Positions 50,136-51,101 of a stretch of 51,101 bases of DNA are shown piece by piece (position 1 is the stretch's first letter; each line of letters begins with the position of its first letter). The position numbers and the translations under genes are program-made. The stretch is from Myxococcales bacterium. GTDB lineage: Bacteria > Myxococcota_A > Polyangia > Polyangiales > JAFGIB01. The stretch lies in contig JAPPOT010000083.1 of NCBI GenBank assembly GCA_028817855.1, positions 1-51,101 on the forward strand, in the 5' to 3' direction. The notes beneath the pieces are model-generated. The model was given only the letters and a program-made list of their open reading frames with translations. It ran no database searches and was not told where the DNA came from.

Positions 50136-51026
50136 TTGGAAATTGCTTTGATCAATGCATCGGTCTTCGAGTTGCCGGCCAGCCGGCGCGCGGGGGCCAT
50201 CGTCTACGACGGCACCTGTGACCTGGGCCTGTGGCGGCCACCGGGTCCGGACCGGGAGCTGTTGTTCGCCTACGGCGACACGCTTGCGGACGTGCTGGCC
50301 AAGGAGCGCGCCCAGCTGGATGGCGCCGGGCTCGAGCCGGGGCAGGCGCTGCGGCTGCATCCGGGCAAGCTGCGCTGCGACTACCTGGTCTGGGTTGGCA
50401 GCCGCGGCTCCCACGGCGAGACGACGCCGTCGCCCGCGCCGGCGGTCGAGCGCCTCGAGGCGATCGTGCAGGCTGCGCTGGAGCTGGCGTCGAAGCACGA
50501 CACCCTTCGAGTGGCCTTCGGCGCGCTCGGCGACGGCCCGGGGGCGGGTGGCGTGGCCGAGCGGATGGCGGCCGTGGTGCGCGGCGCCGATGCCTTCCGC
50601 AAGGCGCGGCTGGAGGCGGGCCGTGCGGCCCCGGTCGAGGAAGTGCTTGTGTGTGCGCCGAGCGCCTCGGAGGTGGCCAAGGCCAAGCGGCTGGTCGCGC
50701 GCATGGCCAAGCAGGTCGTGCCCCCCGCCGAGAAGCCGAGCGCTGCGGCGCGCACGGCCACGCGACGCGCGGGCGGCTCGCGCAAGGCCAGCGGCGGCAG
50801 CGCGCGCGGCAAGAGGGCGGGGCCCGCGCGGCTGGACCCGGCCGAGGTGAGCGCTGCGCGCGCCCGTGCCGACGCCTACAACATCTCCCACACCTACAGC
50901 GTCGGCGAGTGGTTCATGCACCCGAAGTTCGGCATCGGTCAGGTGACCAGCGTGCTCATCGCCGAGCGTATGATCTACGTGATGTTCGAGGACGGCGAAC
51001 AGCGAAGGCTGGTTCACGCGCGCTAG
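50136..51026 (+). CDS. Macro-domain-like protein with a basic linker and a C-terminal Tudor/DUF3553-like domain
   Basis: About 296 aa. The start is uncertain (TTG 50136 or 50148; the track ORF starts at 49911 inside the divergent gene). AIVYDG...LRVAFGALGDGPG resembles a macro fold. The C-terminal VGEWFMHPKFGIGQV...VMFEDGEQRRL resembles the small Tudor-like domain found at helicase C-termini. Confidence 0.4.
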   Translation: MEIALINASVFELPASRRAGAIVYDGTCDLGLWRPPGPDRELLFAYGDTLADVLAKERAQLDGAGLEPGQALRLHPGKLRCDYLVWVGSRGSHGETTPSPAPAVERLEAIVQAALELASKHDTLRVAFGALGDGPGAGGVAERMAAVVRGADAFRKARLEAGRAAPVEEVLVCAPSASEVAKAKRLVARMAKQVVPPAEKPSAAARTATRRAGGSRKASGGSARGKRAGPARLDPAEVSAARARADAYNISHTYSVGEWFMHPKFGIGQVTSVLIAERMIYVMFEDGEQRRLVHAR

Positions 51027-51101
51027 AGCCCTCGACGACGCTTCAGATGGACAGATGAGCCAACATTCGCCGGAGCGTAGTTCGAGTCCCGAGGATTGCA
51101 G

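Noticed and set aside
51071-51101. TTCGAGTCC at the window end resembles a tRNA T-loop.
   Set aside because: The flanking bases (CGTAG / CGAGG) cannot form a T-stem. The preceding sequence does not fold as an acceptor or D arm, and position 8 is not U.

Overview
High-GC (~70%) chromosomal window with about 45 tightly packed protein-coding genes on both strands. I found no rRNA, tRNA or CRISPR array. Several traits point to a Myxococcota-like genome, as an inference only: many lipoproteins, a Cys-rich DCDDxDP-motif protein, two sigma-54 enhancer-binding proteins (one with an FHA domain) and a periplasmic TPR protein. Housekeeping genes include hrpB, a CDF transporter, pckA, a short LeuA-family synthase, dinB, monomeric icd and a fused E1 alpha/beta dehydrogenase. 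The main feature is a split and expanded ebo/EDB-type cluster. An eboA-like gene, TatD-like eboB and phosphodiesterase-type eboF lie on the + strand (30.1-33.1 kb). They are followed in the same tight operon by a GMC oxidoreductase, a Tat-signal lipoprotein partner, a GT-C-like membrane protein and a CapA-like lipoprotein. DHQS-like eboD, TIM-barrel eboE and UbiA eboC lie on the - strand (44.5-41.2 kb). The two halves converge on icd and a decayed HNH-endonuclease relic. Other observations: a Leu-rich 26-codon leader ORF with two mutually exclusive hairpins upstream of the short LeuA-like gene; well-spaced sigma-54 -24/-12 elements upstream of a lipoprotein gene (tandem pair) and of an RpoH-like sigma gene; and a 188-bp intergenic element bounded by 27-nt inverted repeats whose three mismatches become G.U pairs only on the - strand. 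Also noted: an orphan Dam-class methyltransferase whose GTG start overlaps the pckA stop, a KamA-like/S66 peptidase/lipoprotein operon, an in-frame TGA splitting a lipoprotein gene, and an FHA-degenerate-GGDEF-sigma54 activator. All functional calls come from motif recognition by eye and no database search was run.
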